64,000 bases of DNA from Pseudogymnoascus verrucosus. Its lineage: Eukaryota. A program made the translations under genes and the position numbers. Position 1 is the first letter of the stretch, and every line of letters begins with the position of its first letter. Below the pieces are notes generated by a model. The model was not told the origin of the DNA. It was given only the letters and a program-made list of their open reading frames with translations, and ran no database searches. Shown here piece after piece: positions 25,919 to 38,780 of the stretch. The stretch lies in the NCBI GenBank assembly GCA_001662655.1, contig KV460231.1. One strand, written 5' to 3'.

Positions 25919-27913
25919 TCACTTCTTCCCTTTCTTCTTCTTGCCAGCCTTGTTAGCTGAGGTTTGTACCTTGACTACTCCGGCCCCCCCAACTAATTCC
26001 ACGGATTCCTCTTCTCTGACTACACCACCCTGTGTCGCATCCGCCGCCTTCTTCTTCCCCTTCTTCCCCTTCGGCCGGTAACTACTTCGGTCCTTCAACG
26101 GCAGCCATCGCTCCGGATCCATCTCCTTGCCCTCAACATAGTCTTTCGGCAATTGGCTCTTCCTGAAACGCTTCTTCGGTGGCTTTTCTTCAGTAGGTGC
26201 GGAGCGCTTCTTGCTGGCAGTAGCCATTGTCACAGGGAGGGAAGCAATGCCAGCATTTTCGAGAGCTGCTGAGTCCACTGAGCCAATAAGGCGATCAACA
26301 GGGGACAACTTTGCGAGGTCGGCAGAGACGAGGGAGAGATCCGTAGTTGCAACTGAGGCGACATAGCCGGCGAGAGCGATGCGGTCATTGGGGTCTTGCT
26401 TTCGGAGGGAGCCAAAGAAATCAGCTGCAGCTTTCAGGTCCTCAGGGTTGGAAGATTCGAGGAGGGATAGCCCTGCTGCTTTAAGCAATTCGTCGGATTG
26501 CGTTGACTTGCTAGACCAGTACGAGGCAGCCTTGCCAAGTTGCACCTTCATGGGCCCTTTGCGTCCCTGCAAGCGATACAGAGATACAATAAGGGCCACA
26601 AGACCAGGAGAATAGCGAACATTTAGGGCTGCTAGCGTCGCTGATTCTTCAAGACGCTTGAAGAAAGACTCAAGAAGTGCGATTGCAGGACCAGGATTTT
26701 GAGCGAGCACGTAAAGCTGGATAATGGTCAAGACCAAGCCGACGTCGTTTGGTCTTTTCTGTAGTAGGGAAAGGAGTGTCTTAATGCTTGCTTTGTCGTT
26801 TTGGCACTTTGTATGCGCGGCTGCATTAACAGAGGAGAGGCCATTGACATATGGAGAGGTCGTGGGCGCCGGGACCTTCGAGATGGCCTTGCTTGTCGAC
26901 CTTATAACTCCGTCATACTTAAGAGATTGTAAATCAATAGCATATCTATTTCTCTCAATTATGCTTGCTTGATATTGGAAGAGCTTCTCGGTATCTGGCA
27001 CTGTCGGCATGGCTTCGAATAGGCGCTCTGTGAGATAAGGATTTTCCTGCTTTTGGCATGCAAAGGTATTATTCTGTGCAACCAGTCGTGTGGGGGCTTC
27101 TGGAATCCTGTAGCAAGGTTAGAATATCTTCCTCAACCTGAAGCCAGCCACTTACTCTGATGTATCGATCATTTTTTGTATCGTCTCCGCTTCATGCGAC
27201 TTGCCCAATTTCGTGAACACGTACGCCTGCTGCACCATAATAGGCAGAATTTCGGCCTTCTTCTCCTCATCCGTTAATTCATCCAAAGACTCGCACAGAT
27301 CTCTCGCCCTCTTCAGTAGCACGGAGCCTGAGCCTAGGTCGCCCCTCGCGACACATCCGCAAGCAGCATTGTACGCCGTCTCAAACGCTTCAAAGTCCTC
27401 CCTCGAGGGTTTCCTCCTGCTCTTCTCCACTTTGTCCCCATTACCCTGCCACTCAAGTTGTGCATCCACCGCAAGCGTATTGATTCTAAGGTCATTCTCC
27501 TCATCCTCGAGCGCGGCGTCCTGGACGCTTAACTGCTTGTATATCTCCCCCGCCTCCTCGAAGTTCTCGGCGCGATATGCAACCTGCGCAGCAACATGTC
27601 GTAGGCCTCGAGACACCGATGTCACCTCGCCGAAAATCTTCTGTGCAGCCTCGAGCTGGCCTGTTTTGTAAAGGGCGTACGACTTCTCAACGTGGCAGCT
27701 TTCGCTGAGAGCGTCGCCCCCATCGTCGAGGGCGCGGAGAGCATCCGCGTAACGGTCTAGCTTGAGGAGTGCAATAACGCGAGTACGCAGCGCATCCTGG
27801 TCTGTTTTCGACTTCTTGAGAACAGCATTGGCGGCTCTCAGAATCTCCTCATGGTCCTCGATAGTTGCTGAGCCGAGTAGTTTGCTCAACGTAGCGGTGG
27901 GGTTGGACGCCAT
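25919..27913 (-). CDS. SRP72: Signal recognition particle subunit SRP72; 2 exons
   Basis: TPR-rich N-terminus (VEKSYALYKTG, ETAYNAAC) and the C-terminal RNA-binding motif LPKDY...DPERWLPLKDRSSYRPKGKKGK...TQG. Confidence 0.92.
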
Positions 27914-28261
27914 GCTAGCGAGTATTGGGCGCACTTGAGTAAGCTGGTATATTTATTATATGCGAGGCCATATATGTTTCATTCCATGTATATGTATATT
28001 TCAGACGTCTCGTTGGGCGTTGCGGGAGGCTGAGCTGTCAACTTCGTTCTCCAACCAAAACGTTGGTGGGGTCTTGTGCGCAATACCGACCCACCCCACA
28101 TTCGCTTGGATTAAGGTTCGCGGTAGCGCTTAGCAAATTGATTCTGGAATATCAAATAAGCGCCGCCATGTGCAACGGAAAAATATTCAATGGTCATGTT
28201 CTATCATAAGTTGCCATATTGCTACATAATAAACCCACGCTTGTAATCAATACATAGAATC

Positions 28262-30992
28262 CTACACTAGGCTTAGTCTCTCCAACCTTCCCTTTACTCC
28301 CTCAACCAGCGCCGTCTCCCTTTCGATAAGTTGCATGACCTGAGCGACCTTTCCTCGTCGAATATCCGTAGGAACGCCTTCGTCCCTGGTTGCCTCCGCT
28401 GCCCGAGACCCTTCCTTTTCACTTATCTTGGCAACTTCTTCTACGATCCCCTCTTTCAAGCTTTTAACCTCCTCAAAGCGTCTCCAAAACTCCATTTTCC
28501 TACCGCCGGTAAGACCGCTGTCCTTCCCCTCTTCAGCGCCAAGGATGTTCTTATTCAGCGTGCTGATCTCCTCGAACCAAATCTTCTCGCGGTCGCTCAA
28601 CTCCCTCACGACCGATCTCCCGACTTTCTTCTTGATGTTCTCAACTCGCTCAGCTAGCTCCCGTTGTCGGTCTTTGGCATTCTCGATGCGATCTTCGATG
28701 CTTTGATTGGCGCCAACATAACTGTCGTCAACATCGTTATCATCTCCGATGACTTGCTCAATCCTGTTCGCGACTTCGTTGGCCTTGGCAATCTGTTCCT
28801 TCAGATCAACTTGCAACTTTTCACAGCGGCGGAATAGCTCAGCTGCTGCACCATTAATTCGGTGAGTCTCTTCGCTCATGATCTTGTGGGCATCAGCAAA
28901 TATGGTCAATGTTGCTGGTGAGAGTCGGATAGGCTCGTGAAGTAGCCTCTTATTTTTGCTGTGTCGGAGATTGTCGTGCCACTCTGGGAGGTTAGAGGGA
29001 GCCGTGAAAGCCGCAGGGGGTTCATAGACTGGTCTTGGTGGGCACAAAAGCAAAGGCTGATCAGGCGACTCGGAATCCTCGTTAGAAGGCGAGTCCGTGA
29101 TAAGTCGCCGCATGTTGAATGAGTCCTCAGGAGTGGCTAATGTCAGACTTATAGGACCATGAGAAGAGTTGGTCAGGAGAAAGTAGCCTAAATCCGGGTC
29201 CCTGATGCTTGTGCAGGCAGCCAAAGCAGGCAATGACTCGTCGCCTTGGGAATTATTAGAAATAAGGCGATCGCGGATGAAGTTTTCGCCCTTTGCAAGG
29301 AGATCAAGGCGGAAATCGATCCCTGCAGCCGGACCATTTTGTAAATCGCTTTCAAGTCTGAAGACCCACGCCGAGAGCGAAATGAATGTAACGTTGGACC
29401 AGTTCGTGACGAAGAAGGAGTACCTCGACGCCACGTCTTCGCTAAACATAGGCCAGTTGTCCTCCCTATTTTCTTTGGATCGGAGCGTATCCAGGACTTG
29501 ATACGTTAAGAGCGATGGTGGGGTAGTCTGCTGGGGAAACAGCAGCTGCTTGGATTTGCGAATGGGCAGCCACTGGGCTTCAACACCATCGACATCTAGA
29601 CATATGGAGACCCGCCCACTACTGCTGGCAAGGCAAATGACGCCGATTGAAAGCCCCTCCTGATCAACCTCATCAAAGTCCAGTTCAGCGTCCTCGCCAT
29701 CCATTAGCGCATCTGCGTCAATTTTAGCCCCAATGACGAATATGTCACTCAGGAGAGTGTCGAGGTCATTATCAGAGTCGTCCGGGGCAAGCTCGAAGAT
29801 GAATGGGCCTTGGAGTTTTGGTACCCTGCCAGGCTTTTGAGGTCGAGTATAGACATCTGCCGGCTCTTCTCCAACAGGACCCTCCACGGTAACAGGCTCT
29901 TGGTTGTCAAGGTCAGACATCCACGCAAGTTGCTGTTGGCTTAATCGCTTCGTATCCTCCGAATAATCGAAGTCGTCTTCCATCATAGCAACCTTTGCAA
30001 CGATTGCCACAGACAACGACGGGATTAGAGTCGGAGGGGGCGCCCACTTTTCCGGCAGAAGCGGGCAGAGTGCGTAAACATCACCTTCCCGCATTGCAAC
30101 CCAAAGTGTCATGGGGGACCATCCACCAGTGCCCCTGCCACCAAAACACGCAGACGCCACTTCCATCTCGACCGAATCTGGGGAGAATCTTTTGCTGGAA
30201 CCGAATTTTGAGGCGCTAAAGTCTTGATCAAGGGATGTTCCATCAGCGAGCTTCTTCAAGTCGATCGCCAGAGCCGGTCTGTCAAAGGACCATCTGTCCG
30301 TGGTTGAAAGTTCCCATATGCGCACGACTGCCTCTTCGGTGACGGTAACCAAGCATGTTCCATTGACACCCAGGGGGTGCCACAGTGCTGATTTCACGGC
30401 AGATTGCGATGTGACATGAGTTGTAGGCCCTAACGTGTACGTTTTCAGTCGTAGCGGACTCCGGTCGGGGCCCGTCAAGTGCGAGGAGTCGGGTAGAACA
30501 GAGATATGTACTGTATGTGTGGTAAGGATAGCCAAGTAGTCGCCGTGAGGGGAAATAACAAGCTGTTTGATGTCATCTGCTACTGTGGTTTTGATAATCT
30601 GTGGCGGGTTAGTTAGTTATGCTTGGTTTATAAATACTGACAGCACGTACCCTATAACCTTCGGCAGCATCATCGCTGCTGCTGCCATCATCGGAGAAAT
30701 CTTCGGCGCGTTTCCCTCTGGCCTTTCTGTCTAGCTTCACTTCGTACAGCTCCTTCACATAAACTAGATCTGCCCATCTGATCTCCTTGCCAACAGCAAC
30801 GAAGACTTCCGCCCCACGGCGGGCAATAGTTCTCTTTGGGCCCGGATTCACATTGTATTTTGAGCTTCCACCAGAAATGCTCGTAGAAGGCGCTCGCCCA
30901 TCGACATGCTTTGGACGAGCTGGCGTGAATATTTCGTGTCCGAGGGAAGGGTTTGAAAGCCAAGCAGGCGTATAGCTCACAATATCGGGCAT
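28262..30992 (-). CDS. NUP82: Nup82/Nup88-like nucleoporin; 2 exons
   Basis: Beta-propeller motifs (SALWHPLG, VRIWEL, WSPMTLWVAMREGDVYALCPLLP) followed by a C-terminal coiled coil. Intron at about 30599-30650. Confidence 0.75.
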
Positions 30993-31240
30993 CTTCGATT
31001 TTCGAGCTCGGATTTGAGCTGATCGGGCTGGTGTGAGGTCAACGATATGTTTTAAATCATGTTTTAGCTGGCAATAAAGACTTCTGAAGCTAATGCGCGT
31101 CGAGTGGTTGTGTCAATGAAAGTCAACATGCAGCGCTAGCGCCAGAAATATTAAGCGCGACCTGCCGCGCAACAACATCCACATGGGTAGCTGCAGCAAT
31201 CCGAACAGAAGCACTTTCGCAGGCCAGACAAGCAGCAATC

Positions 31241-31889
31241 ATGCCCGGAGCAGTGATTAGGAACACCGTTGACAGGCTTGATAGGCCAAGCGCCTATTAC
31301 GCAGGGAGGGTGAGTTGGAGGAATTTCTGGCTGTCTTCAATTCATTTTACTGACCTCAACACAGAAGAAGCGTAGGTATGACGATCGTGAAGAGAGAGAA
31401 AGGACGCCAGAGCCTCAAGAAGATCCTCTGAAGGATGCGACGACCCTCTACGTTGGAAATCTGTAAGTTTTTACTTGCATTATTTTGCGACTCTACAGTT
31501 TCTTTGTACTGATATTTTAAAGGTCATTCTACACCACAGAAGAGCAGATCCACGAGCTATTCGCCAAATGCGGAGAGATCAAGCGATTGGTCATGGGTCT
31601 GGATAGATTCAACAAGACACCCTGTGGCTTTTGCTTCGTCGAATACTACACTCACCAGGATGCGCTGGATTCTATGAAGTACATTGGTGGGACAAAGCTT
31701 GATGAGCGTATCATTCGTACGGATTTAGACCCTGGCTTCGAGGAGGGCAGACAATACGGCCGCGGAAAGTCTGGTGGGCAGGTTCGTGACGAATACCGTG
31801 AGGAGTATGATGAAGGTCGTGGAGGATTGGGCCGAGCTATTCAAGCCGAGCGCGTCAAGGAGGAGGAAGAATATGGCAAGGGAAGGTAG
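31241..31889 (+). CDS. CBC2: Nuclear cap-binding protein subunit 2 (CBP20); 3 exons
   Basis: [47 protein letters not shown] and [18 protein letters not shown]. Confidence 0.95.
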
Positions 31890-32107
31890 GCGGTATTCAC
31901 AACTGGCTGTAAGGAGGCAATATAATGGGCATTCACGGCGTAAAGAAGGCGTAGCAGGAAAACCTAGGGCAGCGGAAATGATTGATACATTCATCCTGCG
32001 GTATACATATTTATCTCCATCGTACATCAATCTCCCATAAACGCCTGCCATGCATTGTAATATCCACAGCCATAATATAGTACAGCCCACTCCATCCCAT
32101 CGAAGCT

Positions 32108-32560
32108 CTAGTATCCAGGGGGGTTGACACGCTGAGAAACTCTCGTCCACTTGGGTAATTCTGTGCAGCGTCAGTATATCTGTTTTGGCGTCTATAGGGA
32201 CTGGCAATTGCCTACTGTGGATAGCCTTCCGGTACTTCTTCTCCTTGCGATCGAAAATAGTATATTTGTCCCTCGGCACCATCTCCTGCTCCTTTGGCAT
32301 CTCGGCCTTCCACCTCTCAACTGGCTTGATCTCCATTCCCTTCTTGGCCAGTGCCTGGTCAACAATTGAGACCACTGCGTCGACTGCGCGGAGGCGCTTG
32401 CGTTGTCGTGCCTTCTGGAACTTGGACAGTCTCCATGGGATCTTCCTGTAAGGGTCGCACGTCAGCTCCTGAACCCCGATTGACAACAGTCAGAGGAAAT
32501 ATAGCCTTACCAGAGAAGTCCCACCGACAGCGAATTCGTAGGTCTGAAGGCTCCAAACAT
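32108..32560 (-). CDS. MRPL31: Mitochondrial ribosomal protein L31 (mL60); 3 exons
   Basis: MFGAFRPTNSLSVGLLW|KIPWRLSKFQKARQRKRLRAVD...PRDKYTIFDRKEKKYRKAIH|...PKWTRVSQRVNPPGY*. Confidence 0.9.
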
Positions 32561-32755
32561 GGTGTTCTGATTATCCGCCTCTGAATCAACTCCTCGCAAT
32601 TGGCAGCCGCGATAATATTTTGAGCCTGCGAGCCGCGCCAAGACATCTACCCGCCGCAGCCAATCAGCGCTTGTTTCCGCACCCAACGTCAGTTAACACC
32701 ACAGCCGCAAGCTCCCTCTCCAATCCATGCCCAGCAAGGGCGTAAATACGAAATA

Positions 32756-33353
32756 ATGTCGTTTTACTTTGCCATTGTTGGCACGCAAGATAACCCCCTT
32801 TTCGAGTATGAGTTCGGCAGCTCGAAGCAAGGCGGAGATGGAATCGCGCGGTTTCCGGAGCAGGCCCGCTATATGAACCAGTTCGTGGTGCATAGCAGCC
32901 TGGATATTGTGGAGGAAGTGCAATGGGGGACTGGGCTGATGTAGGTTCTAGTCATTCGAGCTGAAGGAGTCATAGACTAACCAAGTTTTGTAGGTATCTG
33001 AAGTGCCTCGATCGGTTTTACAATAATTACGTCTCATGCTTTATCACCCCTGGAAGTACGTACAACATCGCCATGAACAGTGCAGAGAACTAATCGGCGG
33101 AATAGATATCAAGTTCCTCCTCCTACAAATGCCCTCACAACCTACTGGTACGGCGATATCAACCCGGGCGTCGACATCAATCGCAGCGAACCCAACATCC
33201 CCCCAGACCGAAGAGGCAATCCGACAGTTCTTTGTTGAGGTATACGAGAACTGGGTGAAGACAACTATGAGCCCATTCTACCAAGTTAATATGGAAGTGA
33301 AAAGCCCGGTCTTCAGGAACCGCGTGGTGGCGTCCGCAAAGAAATACTTGTAA
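32756..33353 (+). CDS. TRS20: TRAPP complex subunit Trs20/TRAPPC2 (sedlin); 3 exons
   Basis: MSFYFAIVGTQDNPLFEYEF, NQFVVHSSLDIVEEVQW and EVYENWVKTTMSPFY...AKKYL. Confidence 0.92.
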
Positions 33354-33902
33354 ATTATTAGGAAGGTACTGGGCGGGCGTTTCTCTGGTCTAACGAAGTT
33401 ATGAATGAATAGATGAGGATACTACGTCTCATGCCTCAATTTCTGTGACTTGCGGTGTTTGTGTGATTTGGAAGACGGAAGAAGCTCTGCGTTGTTCTTG
33501 GCGCAAAAGGGTGCAGCTTCACTTGGTCTATCTACAATTCCGCCCAAAGGCCCGAAGAATGACAATGAACAATAGCTGGTGTTTACAGCAACTGTGATTA
33601 ATATGTAGGTACTCAGTTGCTCAGACCTGTAATCAATTAATTCAGTTCTCCATAAATAGAGCTAAAGTATTGGCCTCTCTTTTGGAAATATATTGCGGCG
33701 GCTATCGGAATGCACCACGTGACTGCCCCACCTTCTTTCCCTTGCGTCCATATTGTTGAGACTGGGCGACTTCTTGCTTCTCCTCGCATCTTCATCTTCA
33801 GAAATATGGATGTCATGTACCGATACTAGATCACAATACCGATAACTGATTAGCAAAGCGTGTTATTAAACAGTCTCCTCTGCTTTGTGCACAATCGTCA
33901 AT

Positions 33903-34736
33903 ATGGACTACGCCAACCTCCCAACCCCCGCCACTGCCGTGGCCGACTTCTGTCTTATTCCCGTAGGTCCACTGTTTCTCAAATCGCGGGGACTTCTCAC
34001 CTTTGAACATACAACATACATTTCATATTTGATTATCTAAACTCTTAACTGACTACAAAACAGATTGGCACCCCGACTGCATCCGTCTCCGCGGAGGTCG
34101 CTGCAGTTCAGCGCCTCATGAAAGCAAGTGGTCTGTCTTACACCATGCACTCTGCTGGTACTACAGTTGGTACGTGTAAATTTCCCACTCTTTTATTTTC
34201 CAAGATAATTGGCTTTTTCCTTGGCGACTTCCCATTTATCTCTATAATGCCTGTAAAACCAACCAAATCACGTGCTAGTAGCACTTCCCCTGAGTCCTCA
34301 CACACTCAAGCAACCTACCTCTTCTCATAAGTAACCTCTAACCTCCTTTATAGAGGGCTCCTGGGACGAGGTCTTCCGCATCATCGGACAGGCCCACACG
34401 CTTGTGCATAAGAATGGCGTTCTTCGCGTCCAGACCGACATCCGCGCTGGCACTCGCACAGACAAGAAGCAGCACTTCGCCGAGAAGGTATCCAAGGTTG
34501 AAGCCATCCTCGCTGCAGACGTGAGCACGAAGGCCGAAGGCGCAGCAGGAGGCAGCCACATTGACGCCGAGGGGAACGAGGGCTACATCGCCGGAGACGC
34601 GAAGGTGGGCGAGCCGGCCGCGAAGGCAGGCACCGCGAAGGCGTCGGAGAGTGAGAGCGAGGGTTCCTCCCCAGGCGGGACGCAAGTCGGGCCCGGAAAG
34701 GTCAAGGGCAATTGGGCGAGTCTTCTCAAGAAGTAG
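33903..34736 (+). CDS. UPF0045/thiamine-binding (Ecm15-like) protein with a C-terminal extension; 3 exons
   Basis: VADFCLIP|IGTPTASVSAEVAAVQRLMKASGLSYTMHSAGTTV|EGSWDEVFRIIGQAH...RVQTDIRAGTRTDK. Confidence 0.85.
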
Positions 34737-34769
34737 ATCTTAGCCAGCTAGCAACATCTCAGTGTTCAA

Positions 34770-36092
34770 TTACGCATCTTGCTCATCTTTCTTATAACAT
34801 GCGTCCCCCGTGCCTGTCGGCGAGTTGCCCTCGCTCTCCTTCAATACCTGCATCTCCATATCTTCCCCACAACCCTCACATGACCACATATAACGCTCCC
34901 AGCGCGCCGCATCTTTAACGGGGGCACTTCGTCGGCGACAGGCCCCAGCCCGTCCGTCGAGCTCACATATAGCTCCACATGCGCTGCTCGTGCAACATAC
35001 TACCACGCGCGAGGCGGGTGGGAGACACTCTAGGTATGTGTCACGGTCAAGCCGCGGGCGGTAAATTTTCATGTCATTCCCGTCAGCATCTGTGCCGCCT
35101 ATTGCGAAACGGCGGGTGCGGGGGCTCATGGTCTCGAGTATGGGCCCATAAGGCCAGTCGGCGAGGACATGGACTGTGGGAGGGACGCCGAAGGGGTGAG
35201 TATTGAGCTGCGGAAAAGGGGCGTCAGGGAATTGGGGAGCTGGGGCGGTTGGGGTGTGTGGAGAGACGTTTTCAGGTGAGGATTTGGGATGGATGGTGAC
35301 TCGAGGAGGTACGGTGATAGGACGCGTAAGGAAGGGGTTAACGTACTTGGGGACCGAGGTGGGTGAGTCTGGCAGTGCCAGGGCTGTGGCAAGGGTGCGG
35401 CGGGTATGTGTCTGTTCGGAGCGTGGATGGCGGAGGTTGGAGTTGACTGTCGAGTGACGCCTTGATGGCTGTACTGCGGGATTTGAAATATGGGATTTGG
35501 CAGATTTCGAGGGCACGGCAGTCGCCGATGAGAGGATGTCTGAGAAGAAGGTCTTGAACTTTGAAGCGGGGGTCCTGGGGCGGTCAGGCATGCTGATGCT
35601 TTGGTTTCTGGGTACTATTGGCGTTTTGGGTGCGACTGGCGAATAGGGGCCGTCCACCATGGTGGCTGAAAGGGGGAGGGGTGTCCATGGGTTATCGGGG
35701 ATGGAGGTGTTACCGTCGATATCCTGGCCTGGCGGACGAGGCGGGAACCATAGGCATTGAGGAGGACCAACGTGCTGTGTGGGATTGTATGAGGATTGTG
35801 GGGCATCCGGGGGAGTTGGTTGGGCGGTGTTAGTGTCGATTATGGGTTGATTGTGTGTCAAAACTGGACCGTTTTGCGAGGGAGGGTAGGTGGTTGTGTC
35901 CGTGCTGGGTTGGCTGGGTTGGCCGGGTTTGGGATATGAAGCGAATAGCTCCGCAAGAGTCTTTCGGGCGGCATTGTTTGGGACTTCCTCGATTATGCGG
36001 GGAGCCGTAGGAGGCGGTTGGTTTGCGAAGAATTGGCGCGGAGGGGGGTTGGAGGTTGTGGAGGAGTCCGGGGGGAGTTCGTTGATGATCAT
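34770..36092 (-). CDS. Hypothetical Pro-rich protein with a Cys-containing C-terminus
   Basis: Uninterrupted 440-aa ORF, converging closely on the Ecm15-like gene. No family was recognised. Confidence 0.55.
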   Translation of the reverse strand: MIINELPPDSSTTSNPPPRQFFANQPPPTAPRIIEEVPNNAARKTLAELFASYPKPGQPSQPSTDTTTYPPSQNGPVLTHNQPIIDTNTAQPTPPDAPQSSYNPTQHVGPPQCLWFPPRPPGQDIDGNTSIPDNPWTPLPLSATMVDGPYSPVAPKTPIVPRNQSISMPDRPRTPASKFKTFFSDILSSATAVPSKSAKSHISNPAVQPSRRHSTVNSNLRHPRSEQTHTRRTLATALALPDSPTSVPKYVNPFLTRPITVPPRVTIHPKSSPENVSPHTPTAPAPQFPDAPFPQLNTHPFGVPPTVHVLADWPYGPILETMSPRTRRFAIGGTDADGNDMKIYRPRLDRDTYLECLPPASRVVVCCTSSACGAICELDGRAGACRRRSAPVKDAARWERYMWSCEGCGEDMEMQVLKESEGNSPTGTGDACYKKDEQDA

Positions 36093-38148
36093 GATTGTTA
36101 TAGTATCGAATGTTGCAGTTGGTGATATGTAAACTTTTGACGATGGGTGGTTTGGTTTTCAATTATAATAATCCGAAATCAAACTCTGCCATTTCGAAGT
36201 CTGGCCGGGTTATATGTCACCGGAGAAGCTTTGTCTGAACGATGTGCCTGTTCGTGGGAATTGAACAAGGCAAAATCCGACATTCCAGCAGAAAAAGGAG
36301 AAGGATCCATGTTTCCAAAGCCCATCAAAGAATTTTTTTGAACGAAGGCTCGATGAACGTCACCAATTCTCCCATTAATAAAGAAAACGAACTCAGTCAC
36401 GAGTCCGGTGTAGTAGTGCTTTGTCTCCCATAAAGAGACTCGACGATCACTGATATAAAGAGCATGCTATATGTCTTTGCTCATATCGTAGGTCAAAGCG
36501 AAAGTAATCTCAGTTCAACCATTGGCAATCTTTCTTGACTGCTCGAAGCTCTTACTCCCAACTACTATACCTTTGCAACATACGAGTACTCCCTACGTTC
36601 GCAACTTTACTGAGGAGAACAGGAATGCCGAAAAAGTAGTCAACGAAATAGGCTCAATTTGCCACATATTTCGATATTCTGAAAAATATGCGCTTCAAGA
36701 GACAAGGGGGTACGTGGGGTTTCTTGTCAGGTGCCTCCTGTCGCCACCAAGGTCGCTGTCGCCGTCTAGTTCCTCTCTCACCACTCACTTCTTCCCACCA
36801 CACCTTCTCACTACAGCCACGGCCCAAAATCACCCTCGCCGCCCACCCCTCCCAAATCCGTCCCAGCGTACTCCTCGACTAAACCGTGGCTTGTTTGAAT
36901 GTCCGTATTTAGGGAGAACTACCTTAATGCAGGTTACAAGCCTTTCTCATCCTATTCCTTTTTTATTTCCTCTCAACTCCCGAAAGGGAGTGCCAGCAAG
37001 GCTAGATTGATATTTTAGATCCCATCTCAACAAATTTCTTTCTTACCCGACCAGAACTGGATACTCTACACTCATCCACCCTGAATAAATAAAATGCCCA
37101 CAGCCCAGTAACTTAGCGGACAGGCGCCAAAGCCGCTTTCTCTCCCACAAAGAACCCCGAAGCGCCAAAAATAGATATAAAGAGCACCCTTCCTTTATTC
37201 CTCCATTCTCGTCTCTAACAATCTCACTAGGTCAGGCCACCGCATACTCTGCCTCCACTGAACTTTCTACGGGGCAGCCTTGGGTTTTACAACACAGGGG
37301 TATTGCCCAGCATTGCGAACCTGGTACAGCTCCCCCCTTTCTGTTACCACAAACCTACTGTCACCGCGCATTTGCCACTGTCGGCGCCCTTCCTTTTCAC
37401 CTTTTCTGCGATCCCTTTGATAGCGTTGCTATTGTCCACACCTGGAGTATTGAGCCTGGTCTGAGGGGGGAGGGAATACAGACCACTTGTAGTCGCTGTC
37501 TTTAAACGCGTTTTTGGATACCTGAGACTCCTGTCATGTTCAGGACGGGTTTATATATGGGAAAACGTTCCTGACAGAGTCACCTCCTAGAGATACAACA
37601 CAGAGACTCAAGTGTGTTCGAGGGAGAACGGACTCCCATGGCCCCCAGGTCCATCATATATGTAGTTACAGTTGTAGTTCACCTACAGCGTCTGGGCCCG
37701 AGTAATTCCCTTAACACATCTTGTACGGCAAACGGGTCTCTTCCGAGCTTGCAGGCTGCTGGTGGAGGCACTTCATCCGTCCGCATATAGCCCCCTTACC
37801 ACCACTACCCACGTCCCACACTCCGACTCTCCAAAATGCATAAATAGACAGAAACATATTGGAGCCTACTAATAACACCGCCTATTGCCAATACAGGAGG
37901 TATTATGCAAAGTAAGACAGTGAGACAACTCCACAGTGGCGTGAGTGAGGCTATTTTCATTTTCCAATCAATATAAATACCCATAGACCGTGGGAGTAGT
38001 TACTCGGCACAGAAAAAACATCCAGATCGAGATCCAATGGAGTACCGTGCTGCAGGCTTTCCTTGCTGTCGCAAAAGAAATAGAGAGATGAGAATGATGG
38101 GCACACACTTCTTTAGTACGATACCCATACTGCCATCTTACCAACTTC

Positions 38149-38780
38149 CTGTCACCGTCCACTTCCTCTCATCACCGTCTCACCCCCACTGCCTAAACCA
38201 CCGCACAGCCTATCCATACCATCCTTCGAAATTCCTCCATCTCAATGCCCCAATACACACGCAACCCCATACACCTCAGAACGGATTATCCGGGTCTGGT
38301 CCCAATGTTATTTTGCTTTTCTCAAGTTACTCTTCTCAACCCACAAAGCTCCTTTTATACACTTGAGAGAAAGAAAGAACCCCTGAACCTCTATTTGTAT
38401 TGGATACGTAAAACTTGTTCGTATCATAATTCTGAAAGCTAATCTTCCCTTCGACGACCCCAAATTACCCACCCCCCTGAACATATAAAAGACACACTGC
38501 AACGGAAACAATTTCTTGCCTTAATCAGAACGTCATAAAATCACTACGGAAAACATTTCGAGGCCTTTGAGGCTCTTATATCGTGATAATCTCCACATGG
38601 AGTGTATTAAGAACAACGGCGAGGGCTAATGTTGCAGAATTCTTATCACGCCGATTTGCTGTCACTGCCCACTTCCTCTCATCACTGCTTCACCACCACC
38701 GCTCAACCACCCTGTCACCGCCAGGTCATACAGCCGTATCAAATTCCTCCATCTCAGAACTCAAAACTCAGCACCCATGC
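38149..38780. repeat. Degenerate direct duplication with an offset of about 510 bp
   Basis: ctgtcaccgtccacttcctctcatcaccg (38149) matches ctgtcactgcccacttcctctcatcactg (38659). aaattcctccatctca is exact at 38229 and 38741. Confidence 0.75.

Noticed and set aside
31725..32486. 253-aa ORF overlapping CBC2
   Set aside because: Read-through of MRPL31 introns. The spliced MRPL31 model ends at 32108.
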